The notes beneath the pieces were generated by a model. The model was not told the origin of the DNA. It was given only the letters and a program-made list of their open reading frames with translations, and searched no databases. From NCBI GenBank assembly GCA_002770755.1, contig PCQY01000031.1, forward strand, positions 1 to 41,172: DNA of 41,172 nt. The letters are read 5' to 3'. Shown piece by piece: positions 23,678-33,831 of this stretch (the stretch's first letter is position 1; each line of letters opens with the position of its first letter). Origin of the DNA: a candidate division WWE3 bacterium CG23_combo_of_CG06-09_8_20_14_all_40_14 (GTDB lineage Bacteria; Patescibacteriota; WWE3; CG2-30-40-12). The position numbers were made by a program, and so were the translations under genes.

Positions 23678-26497
23678 ATGAACCAGGATGAAAAAATTGT
23701 CCTAAATCAAAAGCAAAAAGAGGCAGTAGAGCATAAGAATGGACCTATTCTGATTGTTGCCGGGGCGGGAACAGGCAAAACCCGCGTTATAACTGAGCGA
23801 ATAAAATATTTAATATCCAATAATCTTGCTAAACCAAAAGAGATATTAGCCTTAACCTTTACAGAAAAAGGGGCAAATGAAATGCTTGGAAGGGTGGATA
23901 AAATAATGCCTTTAGGTTACGAAGAGCCGTGGATTACCACTTTTCACTCTTTTGCCGACAGACTTCTGCGGGAGGAGGCCTTAGAAATAGGGCTTGACCC
24001 CCAATATATTATTTTAACCAAACCCCAAAGCTTCGCGCTTGTTAAAAAAAATCTTTTTAACCTTAACCTTAAATATTTTCTGCCTTTGGGAAACCCTGTA
24101 AAATTTATAGACGCCATCCTCACATTTTTTTCCCGCCTTCAAGATGAGGAGGTTTACCCGAAAGATTTTGAAAAATGGCGCAAAAAATTAAACTCTTCTA
24201 AAGAGGAAGATGGGCGGTGGGGAGAGTTGTCTGCCGCTTACCAAATTTATCAGCAAATAAAAATAAAAGAAAGCTTTATGGATTTTGGAGATTTAATACT
24301 TTGGGTTATAAAGCTTTTTAAAGAGCGCCCTTCAATTCTAAGCCGGTATAAAAACCAATTTAAATATATTCTTTTGGACGAATTTCAAGACACCAACTTC
24401 GCGCAGTTTGAGATAATACAGCTTTTGGCGCCCCCAAAAGATAAGCCTAATTTGATGGTTGTGGGAGACGATTCCCAGTCCATTTACAAATTTAGAGGTG
24501 CCGCTATCTCAAACATTTTGGATTTTATGGGGAAATATAAAAACGCAGAAAGCGTGTACCTTCTTAAAAATTACAGAACAACCCAAAATATTCTTGGTGG
24601 GGCATATAAACTTATAAAACATAATAATCCCGACACATTAGAATCAAAACTTGGCATTAGCAAAAATTTAACAAGCGAAAGGAGAGAAAAGGGGCATCCC
24701 CCAAAAATCCTGCTTGCCCAAACGGGGGAGGAAGAGGCGGAAATGGTGGTTGAGGAAATAAGAAAACTTATAAAAAGCAAAAACTATTCCTACAAAGATT
24801 TTGCTATATTAGCAAGGGCAAACAACCACTTAGACAATTTTGTGTGGGCGCTTAAGAGATATGGCATTCCCTACCAAATAATTGGCAATCGCGGTCTTTT
24901 TAATCAGCCTGAGGTAAGCCAATTAATAAATTTTTTAAGAGTATGCCAGGATATCTCCGACAGTGCGTCCCTTTATGGGCTTCTTAACAGCGAGATACTG
25001 GATTATAACCCCCAAAATATTTTATCGGCGTTAAATTCGTCAAAATATAAAAATATTACTTTGTGGGAAAGTATAAAAGAAAGGGAATACTTCTCCTTTA
25101 TAACAAAAGAAGTTGAGATGGCGATGAATTCCTCCAAAGAAAACTCTGTAAGCGCAGTTTTGTACAATTTTATTGTAAATACAAAATACCCCGAAAAACT
25201 ATTGGAAAACGAGAATGTAGAAAACACCTTAAAAACAAACAATTTAAATTTGTTTTTCAGGTATATTAAAAATTATGAAAGCAGTGAAAAAGCTTCGTCC
25301 ATAAACTCTTTTGTGGAGTTTTTGGATGTAATGATACCTGCTGGGGAAAATCCTGCCCAGGCGGTTTTGGAAGATATAGACACCGTTAACCTTTTAACTG
25401 TGCACGGCTCTAAAGGGCTGGAGTTTTCCGTGGTTTTTATGGTTAATCTAACAAGCGACAGATTCCCAACACGAAATCGCCGCGATCCTATTGAAATTCC
25501 GGAAGGCTTAATTAAAGAAACCCTGCCTATCGGGGATTACCACATCCAAGAGGAACGCCGCCTTTTTTATGTGGGGATGACTAGAGCAAAAGATTTTCTA
25601 TACTTAACCTATGCCAAAAATTATGGTGGGGTAAAGGATAAAAAACCTTCCGTTTTTATTAACGAGTTGGAAATTTCTTTGCCGGGAAAACCAACTGAAG
25701 GACTGCCTTTGTTCCAGAATACTAAATATAAGAAATATCCTTACCCCGAAAAAGAGAACGCTTTTGCCCCAACCTATATGAGCTATAGCCAAATAAATAC
25801 TTATAATCAATGCCCTTTGCAGTATAAATATAGATATGTGCTAAAAATGCCCACCAAACCAAGCCACGCTCTTACCTTTGGGCAAAGCATTCATAACACT
25901 TTAAAAATTTTCCATACCCAGGAAAGGAAGGGCAGTTTAACAGGGGATTTGGACATACTAAAAATATTTGAGAAGGCTTTTATACCGCTTGGCTACGAAA
26001 ACTCTGCGCATATAAAAAAAAGGCGGGAGCAGGGAAAAGAAATGCTTTTAAATTATGTCAAAACTAGAAAAGGTAACTTTGGCGTTCCAAAATTTATTGA
26101 GGAAAAGTTTAAACTAACAAAATTTGAGGTGCCTCTCCTGGGTTTTATAGACCGTATAGATTATAAGAACGGAGAATACGAAATAATTGATTATAAAACG
26201 GGAAGCCTCAAAAACCAAAATTTTGTGGATAAAAATGAGCAGTTAACCATATACGCTATGGCGGCGAAAGATTGTTTTGGTATAACAGCCAAAACGCTTG
26301 CCCTGTATTTTATTGAGGACAATGTAAAAATTAATACCGCAAGAACAGAAAAGGATTTGGAGAAAGAAAAAGGCGCAATAGATGAAGTTATAACATCCAT
26401 TAGAACCTCCTCTTTTGAGCCGAAAGCGGGACAGCATTGCCGTTACTGCGATTTTAGTAAAATCTGTCCCGCGTATAGAAACTACTTAAACTATTAG
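23678..26497 (+). CDS. UvrD/PcrA-type SF1 helicase fused to a C-terminal Cas4/AddB-type PD-(D/E)xK nuclease with Fe-S cysteines
   Basis: Helicase motifs AGAGTGKT, LLDEFQDTN, VGDDSQSIYKFRGA and TVHGSKGLEF. C-terminal nuclease: QCPLQYKY, IDRIDY, EIIDYKTG, QLTIY and CRYCDFSKICP. The start is taken at ATG 23678 (MNQDEK). Confidence 0.85.
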   Translation: MNQDEKIVLNQKQKEAVEHKNGPILIVAGAGTGKTRVITERIKYLISNNLAKPKEILALTFTEKGANEMLGRVDKIMPLGYEEPWITTFHSFADRLLREEALEIGLDPQYIILTKPQSFALVKKNLFNLNLKYFLPLGNPVKFIDAILTFFSRLQDEEVYPKDFEKWRKKLNSSKEEDGRWGELSAAYQIYQQIKIKESFMDFGDLILWVIKLFKERPSILSRYKNQFKYILLDEFQDTNFAQFEIIQLLAPPKDKPNLMVVGDDSQSIYKFRGAAISNILDFMGKYKNAESVYLLKNYRTTQNILGGAYKLIKHNNPDTLESKLGISKNLTSERREKGHPPKILLAQTGEEEAEMVVEEIRKLIKSKNYSYKDFAILARANNHLDNFVWALKRYGIPYQIIGNRGLFNQPEVSQLINFLRVCQDISDSASLYGLLNSEILDYNPQNILSALNSSKYKNITLWESIKEREYFSFITKEVEMAMNSSKENSVSAVLYNFIVNTKYPEKLLENENVENTLKTNNLNLFFRYIKNYESSEKASSINSFVEFLDVMIPAGENPAQAVLEDIDTVNLLTVHGSKGLEFSVVFMVNLTSDRFPTRNRRDPIEIPEGLIKETLPIGDYHIQEERRLFYVGMTRAKDFLYLTYAKNYGGVKDKKPSVFINELEISLPGKPTEGLPLFQNTKYKKYPYPEKENAFAPTYMSYSQINTYNQCPLQYKYRYVLKMPTKPSHALTFGQSIHNTLKIFHTQERKGSLTGDLDILKIFEKAFIPLGYENSAHIKKRREQGKEMLLNYVKTRKGNFGVPKFIEEKFKLTKFEVPLLGFIDRIDYKNGEYEIIDYKTGSLKNQNFVDKNEQLTIYAMAAKDCFGITAKTLALYFIEDNVKINTARTEKDLEKEKGAIDEVITSIRTSSFEPKAGQHCRYCDFSKICPAYRNYLNY

Positions 26498-26535
26498 AAA
26501 ACCCCGTCCGTGAATCCGTGATAAAATAAAGGTAT

Positions 26536-28311
26536 ATGGAAGATACAATTAAGGAGATAAAATCCCGTGTTGATATTGTTAATTTAATTAACGAATATGT
26601 GCCTTTAACGAAAGGCGGAAAAAATTATAAAGGGCTGTGTCCATTTCATAAGGAGAATACCCCTTCTTTTATGGTGTCTCCAGAGCTTCAAATTTTTAAA
26701 TGCTTTGGCTGTGATAAAGGAGGGGATTCCATAAGATTTGTTCAGGAAATAGAAGGACTTGAGTTTAGGCAGGCTCTCGAATTTCTTGCGGGGAAGGCGG
26801 GGGTCGCGTTAAAAACAAGCGCCTTTACCCGCTCCCCCGATGAAATGAAAGCAAAAAAAATTTTGGAATTAAATAGTTTAGCTGCTGAGTATTTTCAGTA
26901 TATTCTAAAAAACCACAAATTCGGAAAAAAAGCTCTTGCCTACTTAAAGGATAGAGATATAAAAGATGCCGCTATAGATATTTACAAAATAGGCTACGCC
27001 CCCAATTCTTGGGACGGGTTGATCAGATTTTTGTTGAAAAGAGGTTATGACATATCCTTGATTGCCGCATCCGGTCTTGTTGTTCCAAAAGATAATAACA
27101 AAGGTTTTTACGACCGTTTTAGAGGAAGGCTTATAATCCCTTTAAGAAACGAACGCGGTGAAGTGGTGGGCTTTTCCGGCAGAAGTTTGGGCGCTTCTGA
27201 ACCGAAATATTTGAATAGCCCGGAAACCTTGGTTTTTAAGAAAGAGCGCTTTTTATATAATTTGGATTTGGCAAGAAGTGAAATTAAAAAAAAGAAAGAG
27301 GCGATTTTGGTGGAAGGTTATTTTGATGCCATAACGCCTTTTCAGGAAGGTTTTAAGAATGTGGTGGCTTCGCTTGGAACCAGTTTAACATCGGGGCAGT
27401 TAAGTTTGCTCAAGCGGTTTACCGATACTTTAATTATTTTTTATGATACCGATACCGCCGGTATTGAGGCATCCAAACGGGCGCTGAATTTGGCGCAAAG
27501 TGCGGGGATGGATGTAAAAGTGGGAATTCTTTCTGATGCATTCAAAGATCCGGATGAGGCGGTACGAAAAGATAAGATGTACTTTGGAAAAGCTTTAGAG
27601 TCTGCCGCTTCGGTATATGATTTTTATTTTGAATATGCCAAAAAAAGGCACAATGTGAAGGATGCTCTTGAAAAGAAAAAAGCGGCAGATTTCCTGCTTC
27701 CTATTATTTCAGAGATAACCCATACGGTGCATAAAGCCCACTATATTAAGGAACTTGCAGATTTGCTGGATGTTTCGGAGGAAACCATCGTCCAATCCTT
27801 AAAAAAGTATGGAACAAATTTCGGCGCGGGGAGGAGCTATTCCCTAGAAAAAAAAGTTAGTTCTCCTAAAATTTCTTCTCAGGAATATATCTTAGCCCTG
27901 ATTTTAAGCTCTCCTAAAGAGCTTGCTCAGAAAACGCTTTATAAGCTTTCTTCCGATGATTTTACACAGGAGATAGCCAATGCGGTTTTTGTTAAATTGA
28001 AGGATTATCTGTTGAGCAAGGAGCGTTTTTTATTAAGAAATTTTTGTCTAAAACTTTCTCCTCACGAAAATGAGCTGGTGGAGAAACTCCATTTAATGGA
28101 GCTCCCAGTTTTGGAATTCTTAGAGGAGGACGAAGCTTATTTGGAGAAGGAAATAAAAAAGATATTTGATATAATAAACAAGGAAACTTTGCGCCGAAAG
28201 ATGCGGGAAGTGAGCTATCTATTGAAACAGGCGGAGAAAAGGTCAGATAAAAGACTAGTTTCGGAATTGCAGGAGGAGTTTTTGAGGTTGTCAAAAAAGG
28301 TTACTAAATGA
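26536..28311 (+). CDS. dnaG: DNA primase DnaG
   Basis: Zinc ribbon [28 protein letters not shown] polymerase core and TOPRIM (EGYFD, DTDTAG). Confidence 0.92.
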   Translation: MEDTIKEIKSRVDIVNLINEYVPLTKGGKNYKGLCPFHKENTPSFMVSPELQIFKCFGCDKGGDSIRFVQEIEGLEFRQALEFLAGKAGVALKTSAFTRSPDEMKAKKILELNSLAAEYFQYILKNHKFGKKALAYLKDRDIKDAAIDIYKIGYAPNSWDGLIRFLLKRGYDISLIAASGLVVPKDNNKGFYDRFRGRLIIPLRNERGEVVGFSGRSLGASEPKYLNSPETLVFKKERFLYNLDLARSEIKKKKEAILVEGYFDAITPFQEGFKNVVASLGTSLTSGQLSLLKRFTDTLIIFYDTDTAGIEASKRALNLAQSAGMDVKVGILSDAFKDPDEAVRKDKMYFGKALESAASVYDFYFEYAKKRHNVKDALEKKKAADFLLPIISEITHTVHKAHYIKELADLLDVSEETIVQSLKKYGTNFGAGRSYSLEKKVSSPKISSQEYILALILSSPKELAQKTLYKLSSDDFTQEIANAVFVKLKDYLLSKERFLLRNFCLKLSPHENELVEKLHLMELPVLEFLEEDEAYLEKEIKKIFDIINKETLRRKMREVSYLLKQAEKRSDKRLVSELQEEFLRLSKKVTK

Positions 28312-29384
28312 ACAATCCAGAATTTGAGAAAAACATAAAAAAGCTGATTGCCGAGGGAAAGAAAACTGGTTTTATAACTCAAGAGGATATATTAAAAACT
28401 TTTCCCAATGCTGAAAACAATATAGCGCAAATAGACGAATTATATTCCCGTTTTATTGATGAGGGTATAGATGTTTTGGATACCTATGCTCCCGAAGAAG
28501 AATCGGCGGTGTCGGATGAAAAAGATATAGAAATAGTAGCCGCTTTGGATAAAGATATCACCACCGACCCGGTTAGAATGTATCTTAGAGAGATAGGAAA
28601 GATTAAACTCTTAACGCGGGAGGAGGAAGTGGACCTTGCCAAAAGGATAGAAAAAGATGAGATGGCGGCGCGCCAAAAACTTATTAGATCTAATTTGAGG
28701 CTGGTTGTTTCTATTGCTAAGAAATACATTGGTCGGGGACTCACCTTTTTGGATCTTATACAGGAAGGAAATGTTGGATTAATGCGCGCGGTTGAAAAAT
28801 TTGAATGGCGGAGAGGCTTTAAATTTTCTACCTATGCCACATGGTGGATACGGCAGGCTATAACCAGAGCAATTGCCGACCAAGCGCGTACCATTAGGAT
28901 TCCAGTTCATATGATTGAAACCATAAATAAATTCAGAAGAATTGAAAGAAAACTTGAGCAGGAGTTGGAAAGACCCCCTAAGCCGGAAGAGGTCGCTAAA
29001 GAAATGGGGATTGATAAAAAGAAAGCTTTGGAGATTGTTAAAATTTCTCAGGAGCCCACCTCCATAGAAGCCAAAGTTGGTAAAGATGAAGACAGTGCCC
29101 TTAAAGAATTTATTCCCGATGAGTTAACAAAATCTCCAGAGGATGTTGCTAGCTATGAGCTTCTAAAGGGGCAGATTGGCGAAGTTTTGCACACTCTAAA
29201 TGAACGGGAACAGAAAGTTTTGGAGTTGAGATTTGGCCTTAAAGACAACAAGTCCAGAACGCTTGAGGAGGTGGGAAAGGAGTTTGGAGTAACGAGGGAG
29301 CGTATTAGGCAAATAGAGGCCAAAGCTTTAAGAAGATTAAGGCATCCCTCACGAAGCAAGAAGTTGAAAGACTACTTAGAATAG
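28308..29384 (+). CDS. rpoD: Primary sigma-70 factor RpoD
   Basis: Regions 1.2 to 4 are present: [49 protein letters not shown] and [20 protein letters not shown]. The ATGA overlap with dnaG gives the classic dnaG-rpoD pair. Confidence 0.93.
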   Translation: MNNPEFEKNIKKLIAEGKKTGFITQEDILKTFPNAENNIAQIDELYSRFIDEGIDVLDTYAPEEESAVSDEKDIEIVAALDKDITTDPVRMYLREIGKIKLLTREEEVDLAKRIEKDEMAARQKLIRSNLRLVVSIAKKYIGRGLTFLDLIQEGNVGLMRAVEKFEWRRGFKFSTYATWWIRQAITRAIADQARTIRIPVHMIETINKFRRIERKLEQELERPPKPEEVAKEMGIDKKKALEIVKISQEPTSIEAKVGKDEDSALKEFIPDELTKSPEDVASYELLKGQIGEVLHTLNEREQKVLELRFGLKDNKSRTLEEVGKEFGVTRERIRQIEAKALRRLRHPSRSKKLKDYLE

Positions 29385-29403
29385 GAAAAAGGAGGTGATA
29401 AAT

Positions 29404-29595
29404 TTGACAAAGCTTTCGTTCGCGGATAAGAAAAGTATTTCGGCGCTTTTTATGGCGTTGTCAATCATTTGCACAGTCTTTGCAGGAATAGGCTCTTTTT
29501 ATACAGATGTAGTGTTAGCGTCTACTCAGTGGATACTTTTGGCAGTGCTGTTTGCGGTTTGGGGGTTATATTTAAAGCTGGAGCTTAAAACCTGA
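29404..29595 (+). CDS. Small two-TM hypothetical protein
   Basis: Two hydrophobic helices. TTG at 29404 lies 4 nt after AAGGAGGTGAT (29389-29399). The tracked GTG at 29395 lies inside the SD. Confidence 0.4.
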   Translation: MTKLSFADKKSISALFMALSIICTVFAGIGSFYTDVVLASTQWILLAVLFAVWGLYLKLELKT

Positions 29596-30606
29596 TTAAA
29601 GGTTGTTAAACAATTTTTTGGCGGTTTCCCAATAGAACGCGTCTCCGTTTTGCTTTTTGTAGTACCACCATTCCGCTCCCCACAGGTAGGTTTTAGTTAT
29701 CCCAGTTTTTTTGGCGTATTCTATTATTTCTATAAAATCCTGATGTGTCATAGTTTTCTGCAATTCGCTCTCGGGAGTTTTAAGTATAGATGTATTAGAC
29801 CACGGTTCGGCTTGAAGCTCGGTATTTAATATCTTTTCAAGAGGGATATTAAGCAGGGCGGCTTTAACTTTATAACTTTCTGCTGGAAAAGGCCAGTTGA
29901 AATATCCCCAAAAAGAAAGCCATACTTTTCTATATATGGATATTGCCAAATAGTCGGAAATGGAATAAGAAAATATCCACGCGCCCCCTTCCCCGCTGTC
30001 AGATACGATTACAGGTCTTGCGTCCATAGATTTAACAATATCCACCTCTTTTTTAACAAAATCTTGGCTCATCATTGCTGGGCAGTTTCCAAAAGGGAAG
30101 AAAGGTTCGTTTTCCACCTGCCAATATTTTATGCTTTGGTATTTTTTGAAATGCTCTATTTCTTTTGGAATAAGAATTAAAAGCCGTGTTTTAATAAAAT
30201 CTTCGCCTTCTTTCTTTGCCCAAGTGGGTTCCGAGCATTCGGGCCATCGCGGCAGTTTTCTTCCCAGCGCTAAAATTACATTAACTTGCCTTTTTTCCGC
30301 TTCCTTAAGCAGAAAATCCATATTGCTAAAATCGTAAACGCCTTTTTCTTTTTCTATATCATCCCAATACGCCACAAGCCGTATGTTTGTAACTTTAAGC
30401 TCATTCAGTATATTAAGATAAGCTTCTTTCCAGTCTAAATCCAGCTCCTTTGCATACTTGTGGGAGAAGGTAATTCCGTACTCCATATCGCCTTTTGGTT
30501 TTGATGAAAGAGCAAGCGTTACTAAGGAGATAAAGGATATTGCAAGGACGGGAACCGTCCAACGGATGGAGAGTATTAAAATTTTTTTCGCTTGGGCAAT
30601 GGTCAT
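29596..30606 (-). CDS. Membrane-anchored clan GH-A (GH5/GH42-like) TIM-barrel glycoside hydrolase
   Basis: N-terminal TM anchor. Putative acid/base VENEP and nucleophile-region ELQAEPW. The ATG at 30606 overlaps the GH1 stop (ATGA), which is preferred to the tracked start at 30630. Confidence 0.65.
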   Translation of the reverse strand: MTIAQAKKILILSIRWTVPVLAISFISLVTLALSSKPKGDMEYGITFSHKYAKELDLDWKEAYLNILNELKVTNIRLVAYWDDIEKEKGVYDFSNMDFLLKEAEKRQVNVILALGRKLPRWPECSEPTWAKKEGEDFIKTRLLILIPKEIEHFKKYQSIKYWQVENEPFFPFGNCPAMMSQDFVKKEVDIVKSMDARPVIVSDSGEGGAWIFSYSISDYLAISIYRKVWLSFWGYFNWPFPAESYKVKAALLNIPLEKILNTELQAEPWSNTSILKTPESELQKTMTHQDFIEIIEYAKKTGITKTYLWGAEWWYYKKQNGDAFYWETAKKLFNNL

Positions 30607-31772
30607 GGTTTCATTAGATTTTCTTCGCATACTTTAGAATAACATTTAGCGCTTTTTCTAATTTTTCTTTTAAGGTTGTTTCTTCTATCTATCTCTACCA
30701 ATCCAAACCTTGGTTTAAATCCCCAATGCCATTCAAAATTGTCTATTAAGGACCAATAAAAATATCCGCGAACATCCACTCCATTTTCAATAGCCATATG
30801 CGCCGCTTTTAGATGTTCCTTGATATAAAATTTTCGTATTTTATCCTGCGAATCGGCGCATCCGTTCTCGGTTATGTAAATAGGTTTTTTGTACTTTTTT
30901 AAGTTAAGCAGTATTTTATAAAGCCCTTCTGGAGCAATGGGCCATTCCATATCAGTTCTTCCCAGCAAGTAGTCAAAAGAAAATTTTCCATTTTTTATTT
31001 TAAATTGCGAGTAGTAGTTTACACCGATGAAATCCTGCTTTTTTAAGCATAGCAAAATGGGAATATCTAAAAAAATAAAGTTAAGAGATTTTGCGAGTAA
31101 GAGATCCAATGGGTTTTTAGAACCTGTAAATCTCGGTATGTTGTGGGCTATTCCGTGCGGTTTTTTTAAAGAAAGGGATGTTTTATTGTAAGCCTCTATC
31201 ATATTAAGAAATACACGGCATGCCCGCAGAAAATTTTTCTTTTGAGGGGGCCATAATCCAAGAAGATACGATTGTCCCGCATAAACGGTGGGCTCGTTCA
31301 CCGTAATCCAAAGATCCACTAAGTCTTCAAAATGGTGGGCGCAGTATTTTACATAACGGGAGAAATACTTTGAGGATTTACAATTTTCCCAGCCTCCTAG
31401 GTTGGCAAACCAAATAGGATTTGTAAAATGATGAATAGTAACGAAAGTAGTTATTCCTTTATCCTTTAAGGATTTTAGAATTTCTCTATAGTGCTCCATT
31501 TCCTTTTTGGAAAACTCCCCCATACCAGGTTCTATTCTTGCCCATTCCAAAGATAGACGGAAAGCATTTTGGTTTAAGTCTCTAACAATTTTTATATCCT
31601 CCTCGTATCTGTTGTAAAAGTTGCAGGCTGTTCCTGAGTGTTCCTTTCCCCCGCCTTTTTGCTCCCATTCCCACCAATCGGAATTAACATTATTACCCTC
31701 AACTTGATGCGCGCTTACTGCGCTTCCCCACAAAAAGCCTTTGGGAAATTTTAATTCTTTTTTAATCGCCAT
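30603..31772 (-). CDS. GH1 family beta-glucosidase-like enzyme
   Basis: FLWGSAVSAHQVEG at the N-terminus, acid/base TVNEP, nucleophile ITENG, and DNFEW near the C-terminus. Confidence 0.88.
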   Translation of the reverse strand: MAIKKELKFPKGFLWGSAVSAHQVEGNNVNSDWWEWEQKGGGKEHSGTACNFYNRYEEDIKIVRDLNQNAFRLSLEWARIEPGMGEFSKKEMEHYREILKSLKDKGITTFVTIHHFTNPIWFANLGGWENCKSSKYFSRYVKYCAHHFEDLVDLWITVNEPTVYAGQSYLLGLWPPQKKNFLRACRVFLNMIEAYNKTSLSLKKPHGIAHNIPRFTGSKNPLDLLLAKSLNFIFLDIPILLCLKKQDFIGVNYYSQFKIKNGKFSFDYLLGRTDMEWPIAPEGLYKILLNLKKYKKPIYITENGCADSQDKIRKFYIKEHLKAAHMAIENGVDVRGYFYWSLIDNFEWHWGFKPRFGLVEIDRRNNLKRKIRKSAKCYSKVCEENLMKP

Positions 31773-31853
31773 AGTTTTAAGATTAGGCCCTCGCCTTCCT
31801 CTCTGTAGAATGTAAAAAATAAAAAATAATTCAATGAACAGGTGGTGGCTCTT

Positions 31854-33641
31854 TTATAATTTCTGCGCGAGATTATTTGCAATTTCTAAAAGATTTTCTA
31901 CCTCCCTTATGCCTATAAGCCAGAAATTTTTATCTGTTATGTCTATTCCCAGCTTCTCAAAAATCTCGTATGTAGATTTTGAACTGCCCGCGGACAAAAA
32001 TTTTTTTACCTTATCTATGTTTTTTGGGTTTTCTTTTACCATACTTTGCAGGCTTTTGGAGATTAGCAGCCCGCTGGTGTAGGAATATACATAGAAAAAA
32101 GAGCGGATGTGGCTCCAATAAACCCACCAATTTTCACTGCCGGGGGACTGCTCCACAAAATTTCCCATATAAGCGCGCATATTTTTTTGAAATAGCTTTC
32201 CGATTTCGCTTTTGGAAAGGTATCCTCTTTCCCTAAAATTTTTATGCAGTTCCAGCTCAAATTTGTAACAGGCGGTTTGTCTAAAGATTGTGGATATATC
32301 GCTATTTAATTTATGCATTATTATTGCAAGTTTATTCTTTGGGTCGGTGGTTTTTAAAAGTTCCTCAACGATAAAATCTTCTACAAAAGTGCTTGCCGTT
32401 TCGGCAGTAGCAAGAGAAATCTCGTAATTTACAGGAGTTTGCGTTTTCTTGCTTAGGAAATTGTGTATAGCATGTCCCGTTTCGTGGGCGAGCGTCAAAA
32501 CATCTGAGAACCGGTTTGTGTGATTAAGGAGTATAAAAGTTGGCTGGCTGATAAGCCCTCCCGCGCAAAAAGCCCCGGCGGTTTTTCCGAGTTTTGGATA
32601 AACATCAATATGTCTGTTATCTACCATATCCGAAAAAATCTCCGAGAATTGAGGATTTAGGGTGCGAAGAACTTTGCCGATTAATTCCACAGTTCCTTCG
32701 TATTTGAACATGACATTTATTTTTCCGTACTCCACATTTCTTTCGTGGTATTTAAGTTTTTTCACTTTCAGAAGTTTTGATTTGAGTTCGTAATATTTAT
32801 GAGCCAGCCAGAAATTATCTGCCACACTTTTAATTAAGGTGTCCACTACCTCTGTTTCAATATCGTCTTCAAGGTGTCTTATAAGGTCAGGTCTTGGTAC
32901 GGCTCTTAATTCGTCTATAATTTTTTTGCTTTGGAGTATTGAGTTCATTTCGTTTTCAGCAATATCCGCATTTTTGGCAAGCAGTTTATTAAAGGCTTTG
33001 GCGGAGGTATCCCGCACATTTTTATTGGGGCTGTTTAGAAAACTTGTTATTTCAGGAAGGGTTGCCTTTCGTTTTTTTCCTTTTTCGTCTTTTACCATAG
33101 CCTGTTCTTTTGAAAGGAGGCTTGAAGTCATTTGCACCCAATTTGAGTAGGATGATTTGTGTGTAAAGTTTAATATTTTTTCCTCTTTCTCGGATAAAAG
33201 GTATTTAGCGTTTTCAAAAAGTTTTTTTAAGAAATGATTGTATCTTTTTAGAGGGGGGTATTTCAGAAATATCTTTTGTTGCTTCGGAGGAACTTTTGAG
33301 AGGCGGTATTCAAAAAATTGGATATCGTTTTCTATTTTTACAGTTTGTTCTTCTATTTTGGCAAGTGCGGCTTTTATTTTGGAATTCCTTTGGTCTAATG
33401 AATGTTTTAACCCTATGTAATATCCCGGGTTTCCTCCCCCTGCATAAAACGCAAGCCAGCCCTCATAATCTGAAAGCGCTTCTTTCAAAGTATCCGGGCT
33501 TTTTAAATAATCTTCCCTGCCTTTCCATTTATTTATAAACTCATAGGATTTGGAAAACACTTTTTGTTTTTCTTTTTCAAGAGAAGCTTCTTTTGGAATA
33601 ATTGTTGTTAAGTCCCAAGAAGTTTCAGGATGTTTTTGCAT
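31854..33641 (-). CDS. pepF: Oligoendopeptidase F (M3B metallopeptidase)
   Basis: HETGHAIH zinc motif with PepF-like N-terminal and C-terminal regions. The start is taken at ATG 33641 (MQKHPETSWDL). The 37-codon upstream extension crosses a structured GC-rich element. Confidence 0.87.
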   Translation of the reverse strand: MQKHPETSWDLTTIIPKEASLEKEKQKVFSKSYEFINKWKGREDYLKSPDTLKEALSDYEGWLAFYAGGGNPGYYIGLKHSLDQRNSKIKAALAKIEEQTVKIENDIQFFEYRLSKVPPKQQKIFLKYPPLKRYNHFLKKLFENAKYLLSEKEEKILNFTHKSSYSNWVQMTSSLLSKEQAMVKDEKGKKRKATLPEITSFLNSPNKNVRDTSAKAFNKLLAKNADIAENEMNSILQSKKIIDELRAVPRPDLIRHLEDDIETEVVDTLIKSVADNFWLAHKYYELKSKLLKVKKLKYHERNVEYGKINVMFKYEGTVELIGKVLRTLNPQFSEIFSDMVDNRHIDVYPKLGKTAGAFCAGGLISQPTFILLNHTNRFSDVLTLAHETGHAIHNFLSKKTQTPVNYEISLATAETASTFVEDFIVEELLKTTDPKNKLAIIMHKLNSDISTIFRQTACYKFELELHKNFRERGYLSKSEIGKLFQKNMRAYMGNFVEQSPGSENWWVYWSHIRSFFYVYSYTSGLLISKSLQSMVKENPKNIDKVKKFLSAGSSKSTYEIFEKLGIDITDKNFWLIGIREVENLLEIANNLAQKL

Positions 33642-33651
33642 AATTTTAAGA

Positions 33652-33793
33652 GCGGAGGATCCTGTCCTCAAGGGGGGAGGGTCCGGTAGGTGACCCCCGG
33701 TTTGGGCGACACGCAGGTCCCCAGCTCTCTCTCCGAGATAGGGGTTACGCAAAAGTCCGTTTAAACTCCGCGATCGAAGACAGGATTCTCCGC
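33652..33793. ncRNA. Unassigned GC-rich structured element (about 142 nt) closed by a 15-bp helix
   Basis: GCGGAGGATCCTGTC (33652-33666) pairs with GACAGGATTCTCCGC (33779-33793). Internal hairpins lie at 33676-33698 and 33704-33722. GC is far above the flanks. One closing-helix pair is G-U on the plus strand but C-A on the minus strand. Confidence 0.5.
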
Positions 33794-33831
33794 TTAAATT
33801 CTTACCTTCTCATTTCACCAAATACCTGCCG

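Noticed and set aside
33642-33752. 37-codon N-terminal extension of the pepF ORF (MRNPYLGERAGDLRVAQTGGHLPDPPPLRTGSSALKI)
   Set aside because: The extension is just the reading frame staying open across the GC-rich structured element. PepF-like sequence begins at MQKHPETSWDL (ATG 33641).
33652-33793. Assignment of the structured element to SRP RNA, 6S, 5S, tmRNA or a glycine, c-di-GMP, yybP-ykoY or cobalamin riboswitch
   Set aside because: By eye there are only partial resemblances: GUCCGGUAGG against the SRP GUCCGGAAGG, ACGCAAAAG against the GEMM ACGCAAAGC, and GGAGAG. The conserved cores are missing: the SRP GGAA tetraloop with the AGCA loop, the B12 box, and the yybP GGGGAGUAG. The element is multi-branched rather than one long hairpin, so it is left unassigned.
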